Assembly: GCA_002104905.1 (NCBI GenBank)
Contig: MCFE01000219.1
Span: 1 to 64,000 of the forward strand
DNA: 64,000 nucleotides
Source of the DNA: Basidiobolus meristosporus CBS 931.73
Taxonomy: Eukaryota; Fungi; Basidiobolomycota
Direction of reading: 5' to 3'
Part shown: piece after piece, positions 50,651 to 62,914 of the stretch
How positions within the stretch are numbered: the first letter of the stretch is position 1
Layout of the letters: each line of letters begins with the position of its first letter
The notes under the pieces: model-generated
The model's database searches: none
What the model was told of the DNA's origin: nothing
Seen by the model: only the letters and a program-made list of their open reading frames with translations
Translations under genes and position numbers: made by a program

Positions 50651-51643
50651 CTAAAACGTCTTCGCCAACTGCTCAGCAGTGATTAAACCCTGTGGTTTGT
50701 GGAGGGAATCTAGCACAGGTAACACACGGATGGAGTTGGAGTGCTCCTGGAATATTCTCAATGCTTCTTCGGCCATGTCCTCTGAGCAGCATGAGATGGG
50801 ATCTGGAACCATCACATGCTTCGCTTGTAGTTGGAAAAATTGCTCGCGAAACTCCAGAGAACGGCCTATATCATCATCATGGATGACCCCAATGATTGCG
50901 TCGCCTGACTCATCCAAAACCAGGATGGCGCCGCATCGTTTCTTCATCGACAACGCCAATACCTCCGCCATGGAGGTGTCTTGGCTAACTGATGATACCT
51001 CCCCGAATCCATACATGATGTCCTTTACCTTGAGGGTCAGCCGTTTACCCAAGGATCCACCGGGGTGATTCAAAGCAAATTGCTCAGCACTGAAAACCCG
51101 AAGTTTCATAAGAGTCATGGCAATGGCATCTCCTAGCGCCAAGGCAACTGTGGTCGAGGAAGTGGGGGCCGGGATGTCGGGACAGGCCTCGTCCTTTACA
51201 TACCCGTCAATCCATGCATCACACGCTTTGGCTAGTAAGGATCCCCTGTTTCCCCCCAAGCCGACCAATCTCACTCCCCTCTTTTTGAAGGATGGGATCA
51301 CCCGGAGCAGCTCCTCGGTATTTCCGGTGTAGCTGAGCGCCAAGACCACGTCCCTATCCTGCACGAGGCCAAGATCACCGTGAAGCGCTTCCGTGGGATG
51401 AAGAAACACCGCTACGCTTCCGGTGCTTTGTAGAGTGGCGGTGATCTTCTGGGCGATTTTGCCCGATTTCCCCACTCCAGTTACAACGATCTTCCCTCCT
51501 TTGTCCAAAGATCTCTGGAGGAGGGAGATCGCTCTCCCGAAAGTGACGTTGTCCTTAGCGACACGTTCCGCACATTCGAGAACGGCATTCCCTTCATGGC
51601 TCAATACCCGCACCGCTTCACCAACAATTTCGTCCATGTACAT
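50651..51643 (-). CDS. kpsF: KpsF/GutQ/KdsD-like sugar-phosphate (arabinose-5-phosphate) isomerase, SIS plus two CBS domains, intronless
   Basis: VVTGVGKSGKIAQKITATLQSTG, HPTEALHGDLG, SYTGNTEEL, APTSSTT...GDAIAMTL and NHPGGSLG, followed by a tandem CBS pair. Confidence 0.93.
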   Translation of the reverse strand: MYMDEIVGEAVRVLSHEGNAVLECAERVAKDNVTFGRAISLLQRSLDKGGKIVVTGVGKSGKIAQKITATLQSTGSVAVFLHPTEALHGDLGLVQDRDVVLALSYTGNTEELLRVIPSFKKRGVRLVGLGGNRGSLLAKACDAWIDGYVKDEACPDIPAPTSSTTVALALGDAIAMTLMKLRVFSAEQFALNHPGGSLGKRLTLKVKDIMYGFGEVSSVSQDTSMAEVLALSMKKRCGAILVLDESGDAIIGVIHDDDIGRSLEFREQFFQLQAKHVMVPDPISCCSEDMAEEALRIFQEHSNSIRVLPVLDSLHKPQGLITAEQLAKTF

Positions 51644-53454
51644 TAGAATTGTGTTTACCTTGTTTTGTAAGAATATCTGACGAGAGTGAGGATGCCAGGG
51701 TGATTTATAATGGAGAAATGGCGATGCTGAATGGTTTGAATCTAGCCCAAGCCAGTAGACGCCTCCACAATTGCATTATGCCGCCAATGGTGTGTGGGTC
51801 AACATTGGGATCCTTCCGTTTCTGGAGGCCACGTTTGAGCGAATCATTCCTCAACGATGAGGGATTCAGTTAATTCTACACTACAAAAGTGCATCATGCA
51901 AGGTTGCTCGATTAATGTTTCCTACAATGCCACAGGTAACGTGTTCGCTCATGATTGCGACCCTCCATCGGGTACGCCAATCTGATTTGGTATCTGCCGA
52001 TGTCCCACCTTGAAGTTTAATGCTCGTTAAGACGCTTTGCTAGGCATTATCTGGTGACACTACCAGGCATCTGACTGGCCAAATATCCAGCGGTTCTTGG
52101 AATTGTCATGAAAACATCGAGGCAGAATGTTGCCTTTTCTGATCGTCCTGAACTTTGTTTGTACCCATGTTTCCAGTGGCATGGATGGATTTGAATAGTG
52201 CTAAAAGGAGTCTATCCAACCATGCAATCCACCCAGATCGGATCTTCAGGCGATGGGTACGCTTTGCCGCACCACTGGCCTGCTCCTGAAATATCGATCC
52301 GCAAGGATGCTGACATCTAGCCACCGACTCATGAGGTAACCCATGACCCAACTCCCCACGGGTCCAACGCGTCACCATCCATTTGTAATGGTACGTTCGC
52401 TGTTCACCATGTGCAAAAAAGGAAAAGCACAATTACAATGGATCACGTCACCAGGTCAATCAAGCCTCGGTATGTACACCACCACCACCACCAGTACCTA
52501 TAGCAATCTTCGGTGGGTGTCATGCCCGAGGTGGTGCCTGCCAGGCTTCGATACCTCGGCCATCTCGCACCCACGACATTCTATCCGCGCTCCTGAGTAG
52601 GCAGCCAAGATCCATTCATGATTGTAGTGCTGACCAGTGTATGATGCCCTGCAATGTAATGTACCGACTCTGATCTGGTTTGTGTCGACTGACGCTACGT
52701 CTAATAAATGCCACTGGCGATCCACACCTCAAATCTTGTAGTTCCTGACGCTTGGCTAATGCCAATCAAGAATGGCCATGCAAACGGATGGATGCGAGAT
52801 CGAATGCTTCACGTCATCAAAATACCCCCGATGCCGTAACAGTCAGTGCTGTTTCGCTTACATTATAGACCTTAGAGCAAACATTTGGATCCCCAATTAT
52901 CGAACTTACAATAGGTAGACCATGTCATCCTTGTTCATCCACAATATACAATGCCGCAAGAATTAAATCGAAATCAAATCTGCGGATGTCCAAAGTTTGT
53001 GATCTCTGAGGCTCATGGGTTCCATTCTAACCATTTGGCGTCACGCTATGCGAGTTGGTGACTACGAGCCAAAATCAACGTTGACTTTCATGTTCCGGGT
53101 AACGTGGCTTTACCAGGGGTGGTCCTGTGTCAGGATGTGGTACCAGAGAACCGTACAATCTTTATTGAGCAAAACCAAAGAAAACTAAATCCATAGCTCG
53201 ACACAGCGAACAGAGCCATGAGGAAACTTGGATACCCGGTGAAATTCGGCGGGGAATGCGAACGCTAGGCCTAGTCAGAACCCCATCAGCAGCCATGCCT
53301 GCCTCCAAACAAATCCAATCCTCTATTCGCCAAAACCAATGTATGCTATGGAAGATCGCCATTACCTCTGCCTGGATCTAGGCACTTGAAGCAGACTGTG
53401 ATTAGTCAACCTATCCCAAGAGCCTCCTGCGGCGTTCGGTTCAATTCTCCTCCA

Positions 53455-54454
53455 TCACCTCTCTGACTTGCTCTCGATCTTCAAGACCACCGATTTCTCG
53501 TGGTGAGCATCCTCCAGAAGCGGATGGTTTCCCACCGACCTTGAGTTCAAAGAGTTTAGCCCGGGGATGCTTTTGGTGCGACTTATGCTGGAGGAGAATC
53601 GGGTCATGCTTCTGCTATCGTCAAGCTCGAAATCATGCGACGTCTCTGGACTGAGTGCGGCAGTCTGGATCTGCCTCACGCGATATTCCTCCCGAAGCAA
53701 CTCGTCGCAGAGCTTCGACAACACTATCCCTAGAAGTTGACGTGCTTAGTGACGGCAAGGAGAAAGGTCAGAAGAAACACTACCCACATCCTACGAAATG
53801 CAGTTGCGAGGTGATGGAGGCGAGGGAGAAGTTAGATATCAGGGTGAACAACACGGTCGCCACCATCCCGAATAGAAAAGACAAATCGTTTGTACCACGA
53901 AGTAGCCCTTGGAACAGCGTGAGATGATTTGCTTTTCTGTATTGGAACGTCGAGTAGGTGGACAATATGAAGATGGTCAAATAAACCGAGTCCGCTATAG
54001 CCGGGTATATCTGGCCTTTGGGGGAGTTGCATTGCACAACACTTAGCCAGATCGTGTCGGCGGTAATGGTCGCACCGACATACAAGCCGACCGTTGCCAG
54101 GAACAATAGCAACAAAGTTACGCTGACCAGCCAATGGATGAACGGCCGATACTTTAGAATTAACACTAGACAAATACATAATAAAGAGAGACCATGGGAT
54201 ATGCTGCTGAAATAATACACGAACGAGCAGTCATTCCTTTCTCGGAACAGGAACAGGATCGACACGGTGCAGTTTGTGCACAGAAGCAGTATCTGAAGGA
54301 GATTCAGGTAAAACCGTAGCTCAGTCTTCCTGCTGCTTCGAAAAATTTGGATTGAAGCCCATATACCACTTACAGTTGAGGGTAACGCCAAAGAGTGAAT
54401 GACAAGGAAGACATTTTGATAAAAAATTTCCTCTTTAGAATCCGTAGGATCCAT
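53455..54454 (-). CDS. Orphan seven-transmembrane (GPCR-like) protein, one intron (53730-53787)
   Basis: Seven hydrophobic segments after splicing (...LHFVG/WIVLSKL...). Cys at the top of TM3 (NDC) and in the second extracellular loop (VQC). Ser-rich cytoplasmic tail. Confidence 0.7.
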
Positions 54455-55657
54455 CTCACGGGCAGGACATCCCCTATCTGCCTGCTTATATCTATGAATA
54501 ATTTAGTAAAAACCGTCACGGTTTATAAGCGCAGATACCAAATCCAGGCAGTGAGGGCAATCAATAATAGTTTAAACTGGATAAACCATCAAGGACCATT
54601 CATGCCCAGGAGGCGACAACCAATCATACTGAAACGAAATAAGGTGTGTGTGTTACTGGTCAATTCAGGGAGCTATGGGCGATTTTGCCACTCTTTTCTT
54701 GAGAAAGTATCGGGCCATTTGTTTGAGGATTGGACATATACAATTGCAGGTCGGGATTTTTCCTGAAGATCCCTGATCAATCTCATCTGACGTGCGAAGT
54801 TGATTATCACGAATTCGAATCTTGAGTGCATGTTTGTGGAGTGGACACTGCTGGCTGACAAGGCTGCGGGGAATTCCATGGTTATAATCCGAGGCCAGCC
54901 ATCGTATTATGGGTTTGGATCAGGGACGAATAATTGGATCTTTCCGAGGACGAGGTGGAGGAAAACGCACCGATAATTCACCACGGTTTATCCGATATCG
55001 GCCACGACGATACTACGTGACTTGTGATCATTGTGCTACGTTGGAAACGGCGACAATATCTTGGTTATTATATAATGTGGGGATTTGGAAGCACGGTGAT
55101 GCTTATCCAGTGGGAACACCTCCATTATAATGGCTAGGAACACCAGCTCCTGCGCCGGACCAAGCCTATACTAGAGGTGCCGAGTTTTCGAGATTTAGCC
55201 AGCATAGTGCTCTTTCTGGCTCCTCAGATTCACATCAGAATCTGTGTGGCGCCTGGTGGAACCTCCTTACCTGGAGAATGTGTTGTAGTGTTCCGCATCC
55301 GCCAAACCACTTGTAATTGAGGAACGAAGGATCTGGTTGGCTCCCGAACAAGACAATATTTAATGACTTTACATTGTTCCACAGCCGAAAATAGATTGCT
55401 GATTATTATAATATCCCAAGTCTGAATGCGGTGAGCGGATCATCTCGCATTTGCAAATATATGTTTAAAACAAAGTTTAACACCTGATGTCAGCAGGAAG
55501 TTTTGTGGTTGTGAACATTTACGCCACTTCAAACCGACCAACACTAGGCAAGAATGGTTTTCAGTAGGATCATCAGCAGTGAGAACACAATTGCGTTGGT
55601 ATCCCGTGAGTTTCCTCCGTGATATTTGATGGGGAGAATGATGGGAATTATGCTGTC

Positions 55658-56576
55658 TTAACAGCTGCAGCCGTTTTCTCCTACCCCAGCTTCTACAAGG
55701 TTAATTGTAGGCGTATGGGCCGGCTTTTGCCACAGAGAAGGCGTCTCGACGATCTGTAGCGCGTGTGGTGAGGATCAGGCTGGATCGATTGAAGTAGAAC
55801 AGCTCCTTACCTTACGCACCAGTTCGTCCATAACTTGGTGAATGCCTTCCTTTGTCTTGGCTGAGCATTCAATAAATAAGGTTCCCATTTTTTCAGCATA
55901 CTCTACCCCTTCTTTACGACTCACAACACGAGAGGACTCCTAGGCGCATCTGCTTATTAGTTGGAGGGGAGAGGGATGTGCGTATGATTGGGTAACAACA
56001 CCTTGTCAACTTTGTTGCCAACAATCATCTTTACCACGCTCTTGCCGGAGCAGTATCGATTTAATTCGGCAAACCATTGGTCCAGTTGCTCAAACGTTTC
56101 TCGATTTGACACATCGTAGGCTGCATGGATTGCAAATTGGTCAATATTGGTGCAAAATAGATTCCGTAAGCCTTCCCCATATGTACCCAAAATCACTCCT
56201 TGCGCTCCTCGGTAATAAGAGGAGGTTAAGGTTCGGAAGCGGTCTTGTCCAGCTGTATCCTGCGTGTTCTCTGGGTGAGTGGAGCTGGTCAGTCGCATAA
56301 AAAAGGGCACTTACCCAGATGGTAAGTTTGTAATTCTTCCCATCAATCTCCATTACTTTAACCTTGAAGTCAACCCCTACCAAGCGCAAGTAAAATAGGG
56401 CTTAATTGGAGAACAGCGATGTGCCCGCTATCTCGAGACATACCAATGGTGGTGCTGACTTCATCTGGTGGCAAAAAGGTGTCTCCTGTGAACCGGAGTA
56501 ATATGGAGGACTTTCCAACGCTCGAATTACCTATCATAAGCAGCTTCAAGGTTGCGGTAATCTCTCTATCGTCCAT
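55658..56576 (-). CDS. RAB18: Rab18-type small GTPase, six exons
   Basis: [60 protein letters not shown] and a C-terminal CSC prenylation motif. Confidence 0.92.
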
Positions 56577-58418
56577 ATCGTGAATGAAAACTAGAGCTTC
56601 TTAGCGGAGTCGAGATTGCGACGACGTGCTCGTATGAAAAGACGATGCTGGATATCCTGGTCTGTATCTAACGGTGAAGGCAAATAAGTATGCCGGTGTC
56701 GACTTTATCAACAAGAAATCAGTTTCCAGGCCGGGGTACCAATGGAAGGTTGAGGGGTGAATATAAAAGAACAGCCTTCGGTGGTGCAGAACGATTGATA
56801 GGAGCTAGCAATGAAAGGTTTCCGAGGATATTCAACCAGGATCAGGAGCTAAACTAACGGCAATATAAATAGTTGGTGCTGGATTCCTATCGCCGGAGGT
56901 TACCCGGCGCAATACCACCATCCTGGATCGATATTGTCCATTATCGGGGCGCTGGCCATGATAAGCACCAGCTGATCGGATAATGATAATTACACGGCCC
57001 CATGGTCAGCTTAGCTTTGCGTCATGGAGCGGGTGACGATTTGGATACTTGACAGTGGACAGATAGTGAAACTACGTGATTGTATACAACGCTCAACACT
57101 TGGCTTGCTGGGAATGTAAAACGTATGATGTGACTGAAGAAATGTGGATGATGCTGGCATGTGAAATCGTTGAACATAAAGCATAAGTGGCTTGTGTCCG
57201 CCAAGAAAACCAGATATTCCTAGGGGAACCAGCAGTGTGCGTCATGTGCTCGACTGTGCAGCGCAATTCGTTATTGTGTCAGATCAAGCTGCTGACTGTA
57301 TAGGGGGCATCTTGAATCTCAGAGCCATCACATGGCAAGAAAATGGGATTTGGTATCTGCATACGCTTGCGAGATTATTCTATGAAAATGGTGCACTGGA
57401 GGCCATTGAAGGCGTCCTGCTAGATGCTCTCTCGATTAGGAGTACCTGGATACCCAGCATTTGAACTCTGATTGCTATCTTGGCAAGCTGTCTGCAGCCA
57501 CTTCGCCATCATTCCGCTTTACCTTGTGGTTGATTGCTGGTTGCTGCGTTCGTACCGCGGTCACCATTGCACACGCAATCAACCTCAGATACACGCACTA
57601 AAGCACCGGAAGGCAGCGAAAATCCCTTGCCAAGTAAGTGACAGCTGGTTCCTAAATCCACAATGCTTAGTCGTTTATAGTAAGCTGAGTTGCGTTAGCC
57701 GCCAGTTACTATTTGTCCACCGGCTCAGCAGGTTATTCCCGTCAAGACGGCCACTGCCACAAAATCGGCCCTCCGAAATCAAATAACTCCCCATCATGCA
57801 CATATTCCCACGAGAAAGTTTGTAATACAGGCCTGGAAGCCTTGGTGGTCGGCACTACCCAAGTACTTGCTTCCAATGGGAAAGTCCACATCCCGGCAAT
57901 GCTTCAGATGTTTGATGTTCGGATCAAGGCCGGCATAGTAAATTAGGCTTCTATTAGAGAAAGTGTAAGGAAGCAAATGCACGTGGTTCGTGAGGTTAGG
58001 TGCAATTGAACAGCTTTGCAGGGATTTTGGCAAGGGCTCGAGTGCGATGACTCGGGATTAGGGTCATGGAATACTCAATATGTATAGATAATATGAGCGG
58101 CCACAAATCGGGTTCTAAGAAAAGGGGGCAGTTTTGCAGGAGGTCAGGTGGGGGATAGGCTGTTATTTTTGCTCAACCGACTAGAAACACAAGATACATA
58201 TACAGAAGTGTAATTGATATCCCACGGATTCTGGTTGGCCCACGAAAACAGTTGGAGTATATAGAGCGCCTTCGGATTCTGAAACAGGCCAGATATATTT
58301 TTCTTAACCAGGTGCTTGCTACACCAGACTAACTCATATACCATTAATTCCCAAAATTAATTTGCCTTTAAGCCGTCTGTTGTCTTTTCTTGCACTCTCT
58401 GTAATATAATTAATTACT

Positions 58419-60222
58419 ATGTCTAGCTATGGCTCAGGAAGTCCCTCAAGGCATTCCTATCTAAGTGACTTCAGGCTGCAGGGAAATGCCCGGCCTTCAA
58501 ATTCTGCTATTGACATTCCGCGTAGTAGTCGGGACTCGCAGCTTTCTGCTGACGATTTTAATTATGGCAGTCTGGGGGCATCTATTACTCACGATATCTA
58601 CAAGAACATTGATCCTCCACAAAGGCCGGCTCGCTCCAATAGCTTCTCCGACAGTATCAACTCTCCTTATGTTAATGCAGAAAATAGGAAGAGCGCGGTG
58701 GGTTTGATGAGAGAACCTGGAGGCTTTCGGAGAGATTACATTGTTAGCAAGGCTCAGCAGCAAGGGAAGGCGCCTCCAGCCGTAGCAACCAGAAGCTTCA
58801 TGGACTATATGTATCTCTTCAACCATTTTGCCGGTGAAGATCTTGAGAGTGAGGACGAGTATGATGAAGACGAGGAGGAAAGCCCCGAGGCCATTGAATC
58901 AAGTGGTAGTCGACGCCCTTTGCTTGGCCGTAGTGGCAGTAGAGTCTCTAGGTCTGCTTCGCAGATAGAAGGGACAGCCTCTCTATCAAAAACATTTTTC
59001 CTGCTATTCAAGGCGTTTGTTGGAACCGGCGTTCTGTTTCTACCAAAGGCCTTTGCTAACGGCGGAATCGTATTTGCGAGTATTGTTTCATTGTTCGTTG
59101 CTTTTCTATCTGGACTGTCTATGCTACTGTTGGTGAAGGTCCGTGAGGCAATCCCTGGTGGTTTTGGTGAAATCGGTGGGCAACTCTTTGGTCAGAGGAT
59201 GAAGTACATGATTCTTTTTTCGATCGCTATATCTCAGGTATGCTTCATCCATCTCGATTCACGCAAGCCACTATCTAATGACTCCTGTTATACAGATCGG
59301 ATTTTCGTGTGCTTACATGATCTTTATCGCCAAAAATCTCAGCGACTTGATACAGGCTATATCCAAATGTCAAATGTCGGTATCTGATGAAGCACTCATT
59401 ATGGTTCAGTTGGTCCTCTATATCCCCTTTTCATGGCTCCGGAAGATGCACAGTTTGTCAAGTGCAGCGCTGTTAGCCAATTCCGCGATCTTTTTCGGCC
59501 TTATTTACATCTACGTATCAGATATCTCGATTCTGGTTAGAGATGGCCCCGCTCCGCTTATTGCCTTTAATAGCGAGAGTTTTGGACTATTCCTCGGGAC
59601 TGCCTTCTTTACTTTCGAAGGAATTGGCCTTGTGATTCCTATCGTAAGCTCAATGAAGGAGCCAGAAAAATTCCCACAACTCTTGACTGGCGCCATGCTA
59701 CTAATTTCCGCCATTTTCATCTCGGTTGGCTCATTATCATATGCTGCATTCGGTGAAAACGTCCAAGCAGTGATTTTGCTTAATCTACCCGATAATGCAG
59801 TAACACAAACAGCCCAAAGTCTTTATGTCATCGCCATAGCATTGACCGTACCACTTATGTTGTTCCCAGCGATTCGTATCATTGAGAATGCGTTGTTTGG
59901 CAAGAAAACTGGCAAATACTCTACCAGAGTGAAAGTGGAGAAGAACATCTTCCGCACTGTGTTGTGTATATTTACTGCCTTCGTCTCGCTGGGTGGCTAC
60001 TCAAATCTCGACAATTTTGTCGCGCTGATTGGTGCTCTGGCTTGCATCCCACTGGCTTTCATCTTCCCTGCAATGTTCCATTTGAAAGCTCTAGCTAATA
60101 AGCCCTGGGTAAAGATAGGCGATGTTCTTTTGCTGGTCTTTGGTACTTGTGTGATGATTTTCGTGACCATCAATACGATCTCTACTTGGGGGACACATCC
60201 TGCCAAAGACAGATGCTCATGA
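58419..60222 (+). CDS. AVT3: Vacuolar amino-acid transporter (AAAP/SLC36 family, Avt3/Avt4-like), one intron (59238-59295)
   Basis: PGGFRRDY, HFAGEDLE, LLFKAFVGTGVLFLPKAF, GTAFFTFEGIGLVIPI and PLMLFPAIRIIE. Confidence 0.93.
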
Positions 60223-62914
60223 ATGGGAATTCGCACCAAGCTGCCAACTACTGGTGGTATTTATACATCTTACCAAATTAGATAAAAGTATAATAAACCT
60301 GGAAAACAAGCTCATATTACGCATCTGCCATTTTGTTCAAGCTTGGCCATCATTGGGAAATGTAATGAAATTTGGCATATATATTGGAGGAATGTAAGGG
60401 CTTCACTGAGAGTAGGGGCACCATTTCGAAAAACTAGCTATACACATACTGAGGATAGCTCACCTTCAGCCCGATTATAGGAAGATAAGCTGGCTTTGCT
60501 CAACTTACAATCAATTCACAGCGTAATCCATACTTGTCTTATGGTTTGGATTGTTACTTCTGAATGACTTCAAGAAGGGTCAGTTCCGCAACTGTCATTG
60601 GATCATTCTTCATAATGGTAACGAGAATAATTCTACTTCTCAAGCATTAACAGGCCTCATCTACCAACGGTATATCCAGCTGTACACCAGAGATTGCATG
60701 AATGACCTCTCCTTGTGGCTTAGCATTCCCTGAACCAGATTGCCGTTATAGTTTCTAAAGTAACTCAATCGAATGACAAATCGCCCATAACTCCTGAGCA
60801 AAATCGCCGCTTTATGGAAGCATGAGTATGAATACAGTAAACACTGGCTTGTTTCTTCTGATCAATACAACTGAAACGAGTGAGTCTAGAACAGGTAACT
60901 TGTATTGGAGATGATCAATCGTAGTGGTTCAGTTCCTTCACCACTGTGACAATAATGAGTCAAACATTCGGATTCAATCCAAGTCAAGCCATTGTTTGCA
61001 TAAAAAGAATATCAGACCATTTCTTATCCAATCTAGAGGACTTGCAGAATTCCTGCAGGATATCACATGCTGGCTGTCCTTGGAACATACTTGCGAAGCT
61101 AACCACCAACGATGTTCTTTGCGGTCCTGGACACATCGGATTGACAGCATATGACTGGTATATGTCCCAATGAGCCAGTTTACGCCTAAAACAAACGCAT
61201 AGATGGTGTGAAGTCAGCTCTGTATGAAAAGGGAAACAGATGGGGGAGGCAAGTTGTAGCTAGTCGAAATCAAGGATGGTGAGCAAACGGGGCTATTTGG
61301 CAATTAGATCAGCCATCACCCAAAATATTACAAGTCCTGTTGACCGTAGATGCCTCTTTGAGAGGGCATGATGTGCAGAATGGCAATATGCTTAACCCAA
61401 ATTCTGATATCCTGCATCAAGTCACACTGCATATCGCCACTCCACAAATGAAACAAGTGCTAATATGTATTTCAAATATATTAAAGAGCAACCGTCTTAT
61501 CAGAGTCACCCGTTTCTCTCGGCTGGTCTCATATCAATAAGCTAGAACAGTTTAGTACTCATGCTTATAACATAAGTGATTTACTCATCAGTTTCGCTCT
61601 GGCAATTTACCTGATTGATTGGCCAAGTTGCTCTTGACTCGAGTGAAACACGAATTGCAAGTCGACCGAAAGTCTAAGATACAAACTGGTTTCTGGAATA
61701 TATTCCGTAGCAGTAGCTCTTTACCGTCGCAAAAGAGACAGCCAATTACAGCGACCTAGAGAGCATTCACCTACTGAACTGGATAAGGCAGTTTGGTGAA
61801 TCAATGGCATTCACTGAACGTCTATCTATTTGCCTCTTTCTGCAATTCTTGCATTGTTCTCGAACTTGTGTTATATCGTTTCACCCGAAAATCTTCAAAC
61901 GGATAAAAGCATCATTACATCTCGGATATGCTGATTCTGTACCTCATGTGTTTCGTGCAAGTAGTGAGCGGTCATAAGCTGGGGGTGCAGTGATGACAGG
62001 ACTGCTCTGAATTAGGGAACTATACGTTCTTACAAGATAGGAAGCAATCCAGAAGGAGCGACGTCACTTCATTCCAGCACTATTCGACCTTGTATCTTCC
62101 AGATTTAGGCATGGAGGAAACATTATTATTTTCAGAATTGTAGAGTCAGCGTAACGCTTATTCATTCGTTGCAGCTGCAGTCGACGATCAGTAAAATATC
62201 ACAATATTGTGGTGCTTCCACAAATTACAGCGCTGATGGGACAGTCCGGGCGCTATTATTTGCATAGAGTGTAATACTCCTTTAAACTCAGCTCAACATC
62301 CTTCAAAGAGTAATGAGTTGACTGTACCCGCTTGTGCTCTCGGACTGTCAGCATCAAGATTAATAAGGCAACCATAGAAAAGAGCTAGTATATTGGTAAT
62401 GTCTCTGAACACTCTAAAATGATTCCAAAAGGAGGTTACTTTTGCATGAACATATGTTGAGCCTATTGAAATGATTGTACTCTTGACCACACATTCAATG
62501 GAACTCCAAAAATATCTGCCAACCATGTTTACGTACGAGAATCCTTCCCCAGCGTTATGAATGTCAAGACCATCGAAAGTCAACTTGTATATACTAACCT
62601 ATCGAACTACTGCTCTGAATAGCAACACAGTTTTCAGTTACTAAAACCTTTCATCAAGCAAGTGAAGTAGCCAACTATATTGTTACCATAGTTGGAAGAA
62701 ACCTGGCACAGAATTGGGACATATATGATTGCTAGCGAATCATTATACCTAAATCATCAATTAAGGTGAAGGAGGTAGGTTTTGATCATCAAAATGAATA
62801 AAAAGAGGTAATTTCCTGCATCTCAAATACATAAATATAAACGCCCGCCTTCCAAGTAACTCAAGCCAACTCTCTTAACCACTCTATTAGATTGATACTT
62901 TAGTGCTATAAACC

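Noticed and set aside
51700-53400. Short ORFs on both strands (e.g. 52106-52432, 52498-52725)
   Set aside because: Frames are broken in all phases, with no recognisable domain and no consistent splice model.
54500-55600. Short ORFs between the 7TM gene and Rab18
   Set aside because: No coherent gene model or motif could be built.
56600-58350. Short ORFs upstream of Rab18 and AVT3 (e.g. 57192-57464)
   Set aside because: Protein-like in places but interrupted and unassignable without a search.
60300-62900. Short ORFs including 62293-62583
   Set aside because: No domain evidence. Treated as intergenic or unresolved.
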